NCBI RefSeq assembly: GCF_009914755.1
Contig: NC_060930.1
Source: the human T2T-CHM13v2.0 reference genome, Homo sapiens
DNA: 64,000 nt
Strand: one strand, 5' to 3'
Made by a program: the position numbers and the translations under genes. Shown piece after piece: positions 25,841 to 39,800 of the stretch; the first letter of the stretch is position 1, and every line of letters begins with the position of its first letter. The notes under the pieces are model-generated. The model saw only the letters and a list, made by a program, of their open reading frames with translations, was not told the origin of the DNA and did not search any database.

Positions 25841-26166
25841 ATAATTCAGCATCATTATATGCTTTATATAAATGTATTTAAAAGTTTTCAAATGCCCGGA
25901 AGGTAAAATGTAGCATTCTATAAATTTTCTTTTGAGAAAATCAAAACAAAATGAATAAATAATTTATTATAGGTTGAATGTTTTCCTCTGGAAACTTATA
26001 CATATGAACTTATTGGCCTGACTGAGGCTGTTAATGACTTAATAAGCTTTAAAATACTGCACTTCTCTGAGTCCTGCACAGTAATTCCAATGAGTTACCT
26101 ATATTAAAATTGTTAACAATTGTATCATACGTGTAAGGGAACTGAAGTAATATGGTCAAAGCTGAC

Positions 26167-27492
26167 TAGCAGTTCTCATAGCATGGCCTGAAGACCCATG
26201 GAGGTTTCTGAGACCAGTTTTGGGATTCATAAAGTGAAAACTGTTTTCATAAATATTATTTGCCTTTTTCACCATGCTATTTACATTAATGGTAGGTAAA
26301 ATTGCTGACACTTTAGCAAGAATTAAGGCAATAGCACCAAAATGTACTAGTAGTCAGTATATTCACTGCCATGCCCTCATAATGATTAAAGTTCTGGTTA
26401 CACTTAATAATGTCCTTGATGAAGCACTAAAAATTATTGATTTTTTTCAATGCTTGAGTAGATGCTTTTAGTATTCCATTTGATGAAATGTGATGCATTC
26501 TTAAAGCAGTTCTGATGCATACCAAAGTATAATGATTGTCTCTAAAAAACACACTTACGTGATTCCTTGAGTTTTCAGTTGAATGAGCTGCTATGGGTGT
26601 GTGTGTGTGTAACACCACTTTACCTGAGAGAACAATTGACACACAAACTATGGTTGTACAGACGTGTTTACTTGTCAGACATTTTATTGAAAAGAAATGT
26701 GATAAGCCTGCCATTTCAAGGAAAACAATGATAGTATTTGTTGACCATGATAAAATTTGTGATTTTAAGTAAAAGTTAGAATTTTTAAACATTTGAATCT
26801 GTCACTATGAGTTTGGCCTTCTTTGATGAGATTGGTGGCTATATTATATGTGATTTTTAATATTGTAGAATACAATGTGTCACCAGTGAGAAATATACAT
26901 CACTCAATGAACAAATATTTTCCAAATGGCCAATTAGTAAAATAATAAAGTTTAGGCATCAGTAAAAGAACCATTCAATGTGCAAGAGAGACAAATGGAT
27001 TTCATCGTCACTGAGTATGAAGGGTTAATTTCACATTGCACCTGATCTTTAAGAAACTATGGCTTATCTAGTTTTGGGGCAGTATCAAAGAAGAATAGCC
27101 ACAATTATCTGAAAAGGCTATGAAAATAATCTTCCCTTTTCAAACTACATGAAGCTGAATTTTCTTTATCAACTTTAAGCAAAATAATATATTTCAACAT
27201 TGAGTAACCAACATGAGAATCTTCAGTTAAGCCAGACAGCAGGAAAACTGGAAGGAAAATAAAACGATGTCACTCTCCTCATCAACTATTTTGAAAATCT
27301 AGTTACTTTTCATAAAATAGTTCATTTGTGAAAACATATAATAAGTGTGTCATTGTTTTAAATATATGTGAATTTTTTTAGTTTTAATTTTTAATATAGA
27401 ACAAGCATAGACATAACCCACATAGAAAAGGACCTTTAGAATCATATACAATTTTTAGGAGTGAAAATGGACCAGAAGTTTGAGAACCATTG
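26167..27492 (+). mobile_element. Charlie1a (hAT) DNA transposon
   Basis: TIRs tagcagttctca / tgagaaccattg; internal ggtaggtaaaattgctgacactttagcaagaattaaggcaatagcaccaaaatgtactagtagtc; ORF 26274-26471 is a transposase remnant. Confidence 0.85.
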
Positions 27493-27579
27493 ATCTTGAT
27501 TATTGTTACCTATTTCTAAAACTTTGGAACACAGACCTCTCTGTCTCTGTGGTAACGTTGCTTCTTTAAAACATGCCCT

Positions 27580-29335
27580 TTTTTTTCAAATAATTAAACT
27601 ATTGGTAAGATATATATATTTAACCTACGGCATGAGTGAATATACAAATTTCCAAAGGCGTACAAAACTGAAAAGTGGGTAATTTTCTTTCCCCAGCTGT
27701 ACTTTCAGGTTGTATAGGTTGAAGTTCACTTTTTCCCCTTTTAGGTTCTTTATGTATGGAAACACTTAAACATACGTTAAAGAGAATAGTATACTGAACT
27801 TCCATGGACTTATCCAGCTACAATTGTTATCAATATTTTGCCATTCTTGCTTTAATCCACATTTCTCCATTGTTTTTTCTTTTTACTGGATTATTTTTTA
27901 AAAAAAATCCAGAAATCATCTTTTCATTCACAAATGCTTCATTGTTTCAACAGATAAATAATTTTAATAATATAATCATCTTTTTAATCCAGTAAAATAA
28001 AGAAAAATTCTTTAAATTTGCCTGATGGCCAATCTATGTTCAAACAATCTATTGCTTTCAAAAATGTCTTCATGTTTTGTTTGCCAATATGAGGATGTAA
28101 GCAAACCCATACTTTGTATATAGATTATATATCCTTTAATGCATAACAGTTCCCCTCTCCTCTTTAAAATGCCAATTATATATTGAAGGAAATAGTGAAT
28201 TTTCATATAAAATTTGCCTTATTCTGCATTTTGCGGATGGTGGCCTCCTGGTGTTGTTTACTATATTCCTTTATCCCATTTATTTCCCATAAATTTGACA
28301 GATATAGAGACTTGATTAGATTCAGATTCAATTTTTTTTTATTGGGTGGGGAAGGAGAAGCTGGAGTAATTCATAGGTAGAGCTGTATATTTATTGTCAT
28401 ATTACACCAGAAGGCATATTACTTATAAAGATTGATCCACGGATTCTGATGTTATAAACCTGTTAACATCATTTAAATTCTCAAGCAATCTTTCCTTAAA
28501 TGGCTTTAGCTACTATTGAAAACTATTGCCTATATACAGAATTTCATTAGACTTTTTAAAATAGTGCTTTTTTCTGATTCTTTCATTACTTGTGCTCTTA
28601 TTAGCTGTGATTTTTCTATAAAAAAGAACACTCTTTCATCAACTAGTTATAGTCTACACAGGAAAGGCAAGATAAATACCTGATTGTTTTCTATTTATTT
28701 ACCAATATTTAAAATATTGTCACCCTGGCAACCTCCAACAGTGACTAATAGGTAATTTTTAAAAATATTATGATATTTAAATATTTTATGTATTTTTAAT
28801 CCATTGCTCTCATTATACTTCTTGATGATCAAGTTATCCCATGTTTGGTCATTGACAGCCTTTTCCCATCAGCTCCTATATATGTGGACACTTCTCTGAT
28901 TTGCCTGTTTTATGTAACTATACAGTTTGGAACTTCTTTTACAATGTCTTTCATAATTCGCTTGCTTTCTGATATGTCAAGATATCCCAGGTTAGTTTTA
29001 TATATTTCCTTCCCCACTCTTAAATCCGTCATTTCTCTAAAGAGCTAGTATGTTTTAGTGGAACATTATGATACTCTCAGTCTGCAATCTTGACACCAGA
29101 GGTTCTTATTGCCCCTGATTTATCATTGTCATTTGAATTTTGTAATGAGTAGACCTAGGAAACATAATTTTTTTAAAAAGTAAAGGTATATAGATAAAAT
29201 TGCAATTTAAATTTAACATTACAGGCTTTTTACCTTTTTGATTTTATAATTTTTATGTTTTTTCTTACAGTGAAAAATTTGACTTCTGACATCAATATAA
29301 GTAATTGCCTATTTTATCTATGTGTCTATATATAC
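27580..29335 (-). mobile_element. L1MC4/5-type 3' region
   Basis: acacaggaaaggcaagataaatacctg; gatatcccaggttagttttatatatttccttccccactcttaaatccgtcatttctctaaagagc; antisense L1MC 3'UTR. Confidence 0.65.
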
Positions 29336-29340
29336 ATATA

Positions 29341-29704
29341 CAGATGCTTCTAGACTTAAGATGGTTCTAGTCTCAATAAACCTATCATAAGTTGAAAATA
29401 TCATAAGATGAAAATACATTTAATACACCCAACATACCAAACATTATAGCTTAGCCTAGCCTACCTTAAATGTTCTCAGAACACTTACATTTGCTTAAAG
29501 TGGGGTAAAGTCATCTAACACAGAGCCTATTTTATAATAAAGTTTTGAATGTTTCATGTAGTTTATTGAATACTCCACTGAAAGTGAAAAATAATGATTG
29601 TATGGATACTTGAAGTATGGTTTCTACTGAACGCTTTATTGCTTTTGCACCATTGTAAAGTCAAAAAATCCTAAGTTTAACCATGGTAAGTCAGAGACTG
29701 TATG
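29341..29704 (+). mobile_element. MER47A (TcMar-Tigger MITE)
   Basis: cagatgcttctagacttaagatgg...agcttagcctagcctaccttaaatg...accatggtaagtcagagactgtatg; TA on both sides. Confidence 0.88.
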
Positions 29705-31562
29705 TATTTTGAAGTCAGGTAGTGTGAGGCCTACAGGATTGCTCTTTTTCTCAAGATTGCTTACTTCTGAATACAAGTTTTGATAACAGCTCCATCTTCC
29801 CCAAGCATGGGTCAAACTCAAAAATTATGCCACCTTCTCAGTCAAAACTCTCATTCCTGTGTCTTGTGTCAGTCATCCTTACCATTTTAAAGTATAAAGT
29901 TTTCTTTTTATAACCAAATACAGATCACAAACTCTTCTCTTCATAGTAATTGTACTGTTGATATCCATCGAGTTAGAAATTGTACAGTGATAAAGAGATA
30001 ATATGCATTCTACAATATTTCTGAAGCAGTGTGTATTTGGTTACTTTCAATGAGATCTGTATAAATGAAGACATAGTAGTGCATTGGAACATAATACATT
30101 TAATTAGCCAATGAACATCCCTGCTCTGCCCTTGCCTTTGCAGAACCTTTGCAATAATTGAGGTAACTATTGATTGGAATGATTAACAACCAAAGTTATA
30201 TCTTTTTCAGGGGCAATTGCTTTAGTTTTCCATTTTCAGATTTATTCAACAAAAAGATTTGTTGAATAAATGAAGGGCCCCATATCTTTCTACCAATGGG
30301 TGGTAAAGCCTTTCTTCTATAAAATGCTTTCTGCTAATGTGTAAACTGGCTGATGTGTTATTCTTTCCAAGCAGCAGAATACCCAAACTCAATTAAAGGG
30401 AAGGAGTTTCATTTTGTTTAATTTAATTTTAGAAAACCATTCACGAATGAAGCTTATTCTGTGCTTATATGACACTGGAGCAGGTTGATAGGCAAATATT
30501 GTGTCATCTTTTACCATAATTTGGATTGATAAGCACAGTACTTTTCTCTAGCAGCTCTCAGAAAGATAGATTACTTGTGCCACCTGGGTAGTTGCCATTA
30601 GACTGATGAAATTTTTTCGAAAGACATTCTGTTCCTGCAGAATGAGGATGAATAGTTTGCCCATCACAATAACTCTGGGCAAGTCCTGGGAGTGCTGCAA
30701 CAGCAGACTCAATCATACTCAAAAATCTCAGATTCAGAGAGAATATGAAATTAAAGTTCTGAAACATAAAGTATTGCAGAGATTTTCAGGGTATATAGAG
30801 ATAAGAACATTTGTTCTTTGGCACCATTATCAAGTAATTGGTGATTCAAGAGACTGGGATTGCCAAAAACATGATGAACTGACTCAGACTGACCATCTCG
30901 GGGAAAGTAAAGCAGGGTGAGCAGTGGACCTTGTTCACTCGACCTTTTATTTTTTTAAAATAATGTTATTTACGGCCTTGCCAGAAATGATTATCCTTAG
31001 GGAACTAACGCAGCTCAGAAATCAAATCTAAACAAGAGAGCATTTTACAAACTTCTTGTGTTTTCATAAGTCAAAGGGTCTTTAAAGAGCAAGTTAACAA
31101 ATTAGCTTCCCATGCACTTTCAATAATATCTGGCAGTGAATCTTCAGGCAATCTCCGGTCTATCTATTTATTTTTCTTATGTTTTAAAGCATGTTTGTAT
31201 TTTTGGGGAACTCAATCATTTTTATTATGAAGTAATGCTACCTGGTGGAGGGTAGAATAGTGTTTACTTTTATTTTTCTGAATTGAAATAAAGGATTTCT
31301 CAAATCTCAAAGTTAGATATAAATTTCTAAACTAAAATACTTTTTCTTCAGTGATCTTCTTTTGCTTGGTGTGTGTGTATTTTTTTCTAAGATATTTCTA
31401 TTCTGAAAAGTAAAATATTAGAGTAGTCCTCTTAGTCAAAACATCGTGACTGATGATTGGTTATTAAATCAGAAAATTTAGTTAACATGTAGAATTACAG
31501 ATAAGCATACACACTGATTTTAAATACTTACACATAAATACACATAACACATATAACACACA

Positions 31563-32235
31563 CAGGGAGTTTTTACTTTGCACAATTCTGATATGCACAA
31601 ATTTCAGTTATCACAGTTTAGTTAAATACACCAACCCTCCAATAAAAAAGGTTTAAATTTTAGTTACCATAGTATATCAACTGAAAGTGATTCATAACTT
31701 TCCAGGAGATCTTCAGTTCACAAGTCACTAAATAAATAACAGATGTGCACCATGATCAATGACCTATCACATCACGTCTCTCAAAGTCTGGCAGTGATTG
31801 GCCGATGGACATCTGTTATTCGATACTCACACAACAACAGTGGTATAGATTTGTTGCCACCTTATCTCCCAGTAATAAATGCACATGACTTGAAAATATG
31901 AATAATCAAAAGGGGGAATTGAAAAAGATGAAAGTGCAGCCAAGAAATAAAAATTCATGACACTGGAAGTAAAATTCAATTTAAACGTAAAGGGAGTTAC
32001 AGAAGAAATATCTGAGTGTAGGAATGTTAACACTTCTGCCATTAATTATATATATATCCAGAAGAACTTGCTGAAGATGAACTTATCAATATAAATGAGG
32101 TAAGCACTTGTAAGGAAAAGAAGATAACCTAGGTGACAGACAAAATTTAGTGCTTAAAACCTTGGCGATATTTCATGACATTGAAAGCCAAAGAATAAAA
32201 TGTTGGTAGCTGATCCAAACTTAGGAATATAACAA
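31563..32235 (+). mobile_element. Tigger-family DNA transposon fragment (Tigger13a-like)
   Basis: cagggag..actttgcacaattctgatatgcacaaatttcagttatcacagtttagttaaat..; later ttcatgacattgaaag..aaaatgttggtagctgatccaaacttag. Confidence 0.65.
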
Positions 32236-32254
32236 CCCATCTTATATATATATA

Positions 32255-32895
32255 TATTTTCTGAGCTTTTTGAGAGAAAGTTGCATATATCACACCACGT
32301 TTCTTCTAAATATTTTAGTGTGCATTTTCTAAGGACAAGGACATTCTTGCACATAATGACAATGCAGCTATCAAATTTAACAAATTTAACGTACTATTTT
32401 ATCTACATTCTATATTCCAATTTTGCATATTGACCAAATAATGTCAGGAAGGTTTTGCTTTTCTTGACCTAGGATCTAATCCAGAATCATACATTACCTT
32501 CAACTGTTGAATGTCTTTCCTTAGCTTTCTTTTATCTGGACGAGTTCCTCTGCCTCCCTCTGATGAGTTCAGATCAATAATTTTGTAGAATGTTCTCCAG
32601 GTTGGCTTTGTCTGAAGTGTCTTCATAATTTTATTCAGGTTATGCTGTCTGAGAGAATTCTACATAAATTATGCAGTGCTCCTTCTAGTGCTAGCCATCT
32701 GGTTGCTTATGATGTTGCTTTATCCCATTATACCTTACGTGGTGGCCACTTGCTCTCCTCTGTAAACTTAATATTCCTTTTTTTGGTAATTAATTAGTAC
32801 TTTAATGGGGAGATTCTTTGAGACTGTCTAAATATATTCTTGTTCATCATGTTTTCACCCACAAGTTTTAGCATTCTTTTATCGTTATCTTGCCA
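32255..32895 (-). mobile_element. Old L1M 3'UTR (L1MC5/L1ME-like)
   Basis: aagttgcatatatcac..ttctaaggacaaggacattcttgcacataa..ttttgtagaatgttctccaggttggctttgtctga..ggggagattctttgagact. Confidence 0.7.
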
Positions 32896-32984
32896 ACACT
32901 AAAGTAGAGGGTTTTGTTGTTGTTGTTGTTGTTTTTGTTTCTGTTTTTAGTTTTGTATATATATATATAGCTTGTTTGGTTCTT

Positions 32985-33660
32985 TGGTATCTACTAGAAG
33001 GAGTAGAAAATTTATGTCTAAACAAAAACCTGCACATGGATGTTTATAGCAGCTATATTCCTAATTATGAAAGGTTGGAAGCAACCAAGATGTATTTCAG
33101 TAGGTGAATGAACAAACTGGGATACATCCAGACATTGGAACATTATTCGGTGCTAAAAATAAAAAGAGCTATTAGGCCATGAAATGAGATGGAGGAAACA
33201 TAAATGCATAGGACTAAGTGAAAGAGACCAACCTAAAAAGGCTACAAAATGAAAAGTTCCAACTACATGGCATTCTGGAAAAGCCAAAACTGTGGGGACA
33301 GAAAAAAAAAAATCAGTGGTTGTCAGGAGAGGGACGAATAGGTGGAGCACAGAGGATTCTTACCACAGTGGAACTGTTCTGTGTGGATACTATCATAGTG
33401 AATTCATGTCATTATACATTTCTCCAAATAGAATCTACAACCCCAAGAGTGAACCCTAGTGTAACCAATGGACTTTGGGTGACTATGGCATGCCAATGTA
33501 GGTTCATCAATTGTATCAAATGGACCAGTCTGGTGGGGGGATGTTGATAATGGGGAGGCTATGCATGTATGGGAGCAAGAGATACATGGAAAATCTTTGA
33601 AACTTCCACTTAATTCTGCTGTGAAGCTAAAACTGCTCTAAAAATAGTCTTTTAAAAAAT
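32985..33660 (+). mobile_element. L1MC1 3' end
   Basis: aaaacctgcacatggatgtttatagcagc..ccaagagtgaaccctagtgtaa..ggactttgggtga..gatgttgataatggggaggctatgcatg..aaaactgctctaaaaatagtc. Confidence 0.85.
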
Positions 33661-34039
33661 AACTTTTCTGTATTATGATTTTGCAATGAATTCAGCTGAT
33701 CTTTAACAGAAACAACTTTCTTTTCAGAAATAGTATATTACTAAAATAAGAAGTACCTCTAGTCCTAAACAGGAAAGGTAAAAAGCACCACTGATTCTTG
33801 ACACTGATACAATTACAAGAGCAGAAGTGGAAGAGAAAAACATACTAGAAACTCGATTTGAGCATTCATTGTGTTGTAGGTATTTTTCAGAAAATTTAAC
33901 AAAGGAAATGGAGAGTGTTTCTTAATCCCACAAGTTGGTTTATTAGAGATAAATAAACATAGCCCTTATATTTGTAAAAATAATTTTTGAATGCTGCTTT
34001 GCAATAATTGCATTGGCTTTATTCAATAATATTTCATGG

Positions 34040-35290
34040 CTGGGACTTCCTGAATAATGGAAGCATAGCAAAACAACATTTTATCTGATAAAAAATAGGT
34101 AAACTATAATTTAAAGTCACTAGAACTTGTGCTAAGGACATATGGAAAATGGGGGAAAATATTCAAGAGAACCTACTAAATTCTGGTAAGGCTAGAGAAA
34201 ATTTTTGGTATTTGAGACATGTTTTACCCCACTATCACTACCCACCACTCCAGTTCTTACAAAACTCTACCAGATGCATGTACAACCAGGAAGACAAAGG
34301 GTCTCTCTCCCCAAAGCTATCATTCTGGGATTAAGATTTCATACTGGGAAAGGCAAGTTGCTGGTTTTTCTCATCACCTCTCCCTAGCCTCATGTTGCAG
34401 AAGTCCTACCCTTTCCCTGCCTGGACTCCACTTGTAGAGCAAGGGGTATGCCTAAAGTGTGGAAGGCCAGAAATATCAGGCCTTTCCAATTGCCCCTGCT
34501 CCAGCTCACTTGTAGGTCAGAGGTTTCATGCTAACAATAACAAGCCAAAAAAAACAGGAGTTGCCCCTTTGGTCCCTGCTCCCACTCAATAAGTGAGAGT
34601 GACACTTTAAGAAAAGTGAGTCCCTGGTCCCAGCTATGGTGCAGTGGAATAGGAGTTCAGCTCAGTGTGGAAAGTAGGTCATAAGGACCAAGAGCTCTGC
34701 AGCTTTCCTGGAGAGGGCTGTTTTGAAACAGAAAGTTGAGACATGCCTGACGGCTTTGCTGAAAATAACACAGATTTTAATGAAGAGTCATTAGGAGGCC
34801 TTGGTGGCTTTATAACACAATGAAAATAGCTGAGTAGCTAGACGTTCAATAGAGAGAACCAGGGAAAGGGAGAGAGAAGAGGACCATTCTTAGGATCACA
34901 GACTTCTTAGATCTCTGGGGGTTGGAAGGCTGTGCCCATATGCTAAGCTGCACCCACTCGGGAACAATCACTAGGATGTGGGGCAGATATGAAACCATTC
35001 CCCAATCCTCAAACAAACCCATCAACACAGGGAAGTCTCATTGACACAGGGGGCTTAAACTTAATCTTTGATCAAACATTGACTGATCAGTCAGCTGCTT
35101 TGACTCCAGGATAATTAATAGGAAACCTAGCTCAAAAATAAAATTACATCCCTCCCTGGCAGTATGAAAGACTATGTGCATGACCGACGCTGTTGCATCT
35201 CAGAAGCAATAAAATAAGGAACCTCCAAGCTATTATGTCCTGGCTGGACATGGGAAAATTCCTATAGACACCATGAACTGTGATAACAGC
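34040..35290 (+). mobile_element. L1M 5'UTR region
   Basis: Begins gggacttcctgaataatggaag; contains aggctgtgcccatatg..gctgcacccactc..acaatca motifs typical of L1M 5' ends. Confidence 0.55.
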
Positions 35291-35294
35291 TTAC

Positions 35295-36312
35295 CATCCA
35301 TCAAGAAAATGAAAAGAAAAATCATGAATTTTGAGAAAATATTTGCAAATCATATGTCTGATAACAGACTTGTATTCATAATATATAAAGAACCCTTATA
35401 ACTTAATAATAAAAAGAAAACCCTATTAATAAATGTCCAAAGGATTTGTATAGACATTTCTCCAAAGAAGATATACAAATGGCCAGTAAGCACATGAAAA
35501 TATGTTCAATAACATTAGGCATTTGGAAAATGTAAACCCAAAACTATGAGATACAACTTAAAACCCACTAGGAGGGCTATCATTAGAAAGTTAGACAATA
35601 ACAAGAGTTGGCAAAAACGTTAAGACACTGGAAAATTGCTAGTTAGAATTTACTAAGGCAGCTCCTTTGAGAAACAATTTGAGTGTTTCTTAAAACGTTA
35701 AACATAGTTATTATAGGACCCAGCAATTCCACTCCTAGTTATGCACACATTGATAGAGAATTGAAAACATAGAACTGCACAAAAGCTTGTACATGAATGT
35801 TTATAGCAGTGTTATGTATAATAAAAATAGAAATAACCCAAATGTCCATCAACTGATGAATGGATCAACAAAATGTATCCATTCTAAGGAATATCCATAC
35901 TAAGGAATATTGCTCATTAATACAAAGGAAATTAAGTAATTACAAATCCTACAGCACAGATAACCCTTGAAAATATTACACTAAGGTAAAGAATGTAGTC
36001 ACAAGAGACTATATTTTGTATGATTTCATTTATGTAAAATGTCCAGAAGAGTCACAGCTAAAGAGACAGAAAGTAGATTAGTGGTTACTAATAGAAGAGG
36101 GCTAAGAGTGGCTTAATGGGGCATGGGAAAAAAGAGAATGAGTGATAGCTAATGGTTATGGATTTGGTTTATCTTAGGGGAGATGAATATATTTTAAAAT
36201 AAGACTAGCGATGGTTGCAAAATCTTGTAAATATGCTGAAAAAGATTGCATTCTCTCTTTAAAATCAGTGAATTATATGACATGAGAATTGTATCTCAAT
36301 GGAGCTGTTAAA
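35295..36312 (+). mobile_element. L1MB-type ORF2 end and 3'UTR
   Basis: gagaaaatatttgcaaatcatatgtctgataa..gacatttctccaaagaagatatacaaatggcc..ccagcaattccactcctag..agacagaaagtagattagtggtt..tatctcaat. Confidence 0.85.
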
Positions 36313-37739
36313 ATTTAGATGGTGATACTAGTTTCATCACTGGTCCAAAAATTATTCAGAAAAGATCTTTTAAAATTATTTATAGATTTTTTAAAGTTTT
36401 TAAGTTGATGGGATTTTTCTATTACTTATTTCTAGGATTATATTGCTCTCTTGTCAAATGACATCATGTTCAATACTTTGATTGTCCTTTGAGTTTTTTT
36501 ATGATGATTTATTTAGCCCTAATATATGGTTGATATTTGTTCCATGGACACCAAATTTATAAAGTGTATCCTTGTTGTATGATATATATTTGGGTATATA
36601 TTTATTAGATCAGTGAGTCTCAAGATCAATATCCAATGCCCAGGTCACACTCTCATAAATTTTGATTACAGAGTTTTTGTTGGGCTTGTTCTCTATTTTT
36701 AAAATTAAATGATTTGGTATTTGGATGCAACATAGATTCTGAGAATTACTCTATTAGGTCAACTGTATTAATGGTGCTTGATACTAAAGGTATTTGCAAT
36801 ATAGCTTTTTTATCTACTTGGTCTACTAATCCCTGAGAAAACATTATCTAATTTTTTTTCTACTATCTTGTTTTCTGGGAGATTTTCCTCTTAGGATATT
36901 TTACGAAGTTCCTGGTCTGCTTAAGGCAGGCTCTTTCCCATGATTGGGGGTCACCTTGTTCTGTGGGAGGTGCTTTCCAGGGTCAGATTTGTTTTTCCAT
37001 CTTCAGATAGGAGGGTAAAGTAAGGGTTTTCCAATGGCTCAAGGATTTTTGTTTGATCCCTTATTTTATATGTATTTTTATTTGTGCCTGCACAGTTGTC
37101 TGTGGTCTGTACTTTCAAAATATGCTTGTGTCTACATCTCAGCCATCTTATTTTGAATACCAGAAATACCGTACTGTTTGTTCACACAACTTATTTTATT
37201 TGCCATGAGTGATGACCCATGCCAATCTTCAGCATGGGTGCAGATTTGATCCTTTTCCTCCACACAACTCACCCACATCTATGGCCTTATTTGACACTAT
37301 TTTTGTAGGAATAGTTTCCTTCATTTAATTCTGAAAACCTTGCATTAGGCCAATGACATTCAGAGGTGTTTTATATTTCTCATCAATTTCCAATATGGTT
37401 AAAATAAATTTTTTAAAATTATAATTTTTCGGCTCATTTTACTTAGAGTAATAGTATAAAATTTGAGTTTCTCCTACTTTCAGCACAGATAAGATTTGAT
37501 TTATTATTTTGACTTTTTTCTTTCATTAGACATTAAAAAGTAGGGAGGACTTTAATGCATTTCTGTAGATATTTTTAATGAAATTATTGATGGTTCCAGT
37601 TAGGGGTTGGATTAAAAATATTATTAATGACATTTGTGTTATATTTGTTTAAATGTTTGCTTAACTGGGATGGGATTCAATAGGGAGAGTTTTGGACAAA
37701 AATGAGATAAACGATGGTAGTTTTCAAGAAAACATTTTG

Positions 37740-38180
37740 TGTGTTCTCACATAATTAGCATACCATACATGTTTCAGGCATTGAGAAACAGTATTAATAA
37801 GCATAACTTCCATCTGGAGCTTGCAGTATGGCAGGGAAGAAGGAGAGACAAGTGCAAGTGTTAGAAACTTTATTTAGCAATTGAGTAAGTGAGATTTTTA
37901 GGAGACAAGACTGGAGGCAGATAAACTGGCTAGAGGTTTATCACAATAATCCAGGAATAATCTGACAGGAAGGGGCAGAGTCCAGAGATACCGAAGAGGC
38001 AGAATTTGCAGGACCCAGTGACCATTTGAAGTTTTGGAAACTGGGAATGAAACAAGAAAGAAGAATAAGGAATAATTCTCAGTGATCTGAGAGGCAATTG
38101 GATGAACAGTAGAGAAGACTGGGGAAGAGCAGGCTTGCAGTCTTAGAGGGCATTGGAGATATCTGGAAAAAATTGTTAAA
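37740..38180 (-). mobile_element. L2 LINE fragment
   Basis: ggagcttgcagtatggcagg..agactggaggcagataaactggctagagg..aataatccagg..gaggcagaatttgcaggacccagtgacc. Confidence 0.6.
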
Positions 38181-39439
38181 TTAACTTGATTGAAGCTTTT
38201 TCTTGCAAGTCAGAGATCTGTGCCATAGTTTGAATGAATACAATTTTTAATTGAATTAAATTACCATTCTTGGACTCCGAGAGAAGAGGAAACAACAGAG
38301 CCTGCCTTCTGCCTTCAGCAGTTTTCTGTGCTCAGTGATGAAAACTAAGGGGCAAAGAATTGCCCATAATTGAGGCGAGGAGCCCCTGGCCTCAGTGACC
38401 CTAACGTAGCAGAAATTAGAATATTAATTTAAAAGTTCTTTTCAAAAATGCTGATTTGCAATGTAGAGCTAATAAAGATGGACTAAATTGTCCCCATATG
38501 TTCTCTAAAACAGTCATCTATAACCCCAGAATTCTCCCTAATTATGTATACTTGGAAGACAGTCATTGCTATTTTTATCTATTGATGCATTTCCAACCCC
38601 CCTTCATTGTGATTCATTGTGTGCTTTCCTTGGAGCAAATATAATTTGAGATTGAATTGAAAGAGCCCCACTGGGAATGCTTACATTAAACCTGAGCTAT
38701 TTTTTGATCTAACTATCTGTTATAACTTAAGTAGAGTAAGAGTTTTATGATCTTCACAGGTTTCAGGGAGGCAGAAGACTCAGCAGGACAATCACACAGG
38801 TAGACTAGTCTTGTGATTCAGAAAGGCTGGATAGAGCCTCCAGAAGGAGGTTCTTATATATGCTGCATTGGCCACAGACAAAATAATCTATTTATTGTTG
38901 ACTAAACCTACTGTACACATTCTCAGGTGTCTCTTCCTCTCTCTCCATTTACCTAAGTCATATATAGAGGCTCCAACTTAAACATAGTTTATTCTTTGAA
39001 ACATGCCCCTTTTGTCCTTGCCAGAATGATGTCACTCTACCCTCAGAAAACATTTATTATTTGCCTCTTTCATTTGGTCTTTGACAATGGCTACCATCTA
39101 TTGGTGTAACTCCTTTTTGAAATAAGTTATATATGTTTCATTGTATTCCTTAATGCGATTTTAATGCATCACCAGGAGCCTTAGGATCTCAGTTGACTGC
39201 CTTACCCATAATAGGTGCTTATGACAATGTTTTCATGGGTGCTTGTGACAATGTAGATGAAATTTAATTTTACTACAAATGATTCTAGTTTGCTCTATTG
39301 CAAATGGGCTCTGAAATAAATTTATGGAATCCTGGGCAATTAAAATATACCATTTATAGGGATACTTATATGTCTATATTTTCTATTAGATAGTGAAATT
39401 ATTAAGGACAAAAAGGCTGATTCTGACACACGTCTGGTT

Positions 39440-39800
39440 TCTTCTTACCAAGAAGGCATTCAATAACTTGACTGGTGTTTGCTCTTATGCAGCTCACAAT
39501 CTGGTGGGGGAATACACAATAACAATAACAAAACAATTAGAACAACTATTATTGGAAACAAGCAAAATGCCAATTATAAATTATTTGTATGTGTGATGTA
39601 GCAAATTTAGAAAGCACTGAGAGAGAAAGTAAAAGAGAGGAGATAATAGCTGAAAGGTTAGACAGGGAAGTCTCTGTGTAGAGATGGCATTTATTTTCAA
39701 AGCTTTTGAGGGAGGAGTAAATCCATGCAAATGGTAAGGGGAATGGTCTACTAGAAATTGAAATAAGAGCAAATTGATGTCAGGAGTGAGGTGTAGAGTT
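39440..39800 (-). mobile_element. L2 LINE fragment
   Basis: cagctcacaatctggtgggggaa..cagggaagtctctgtgtagagatggcattt..gaggagtaaatccatgcaaat. Confidence 0.5.
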
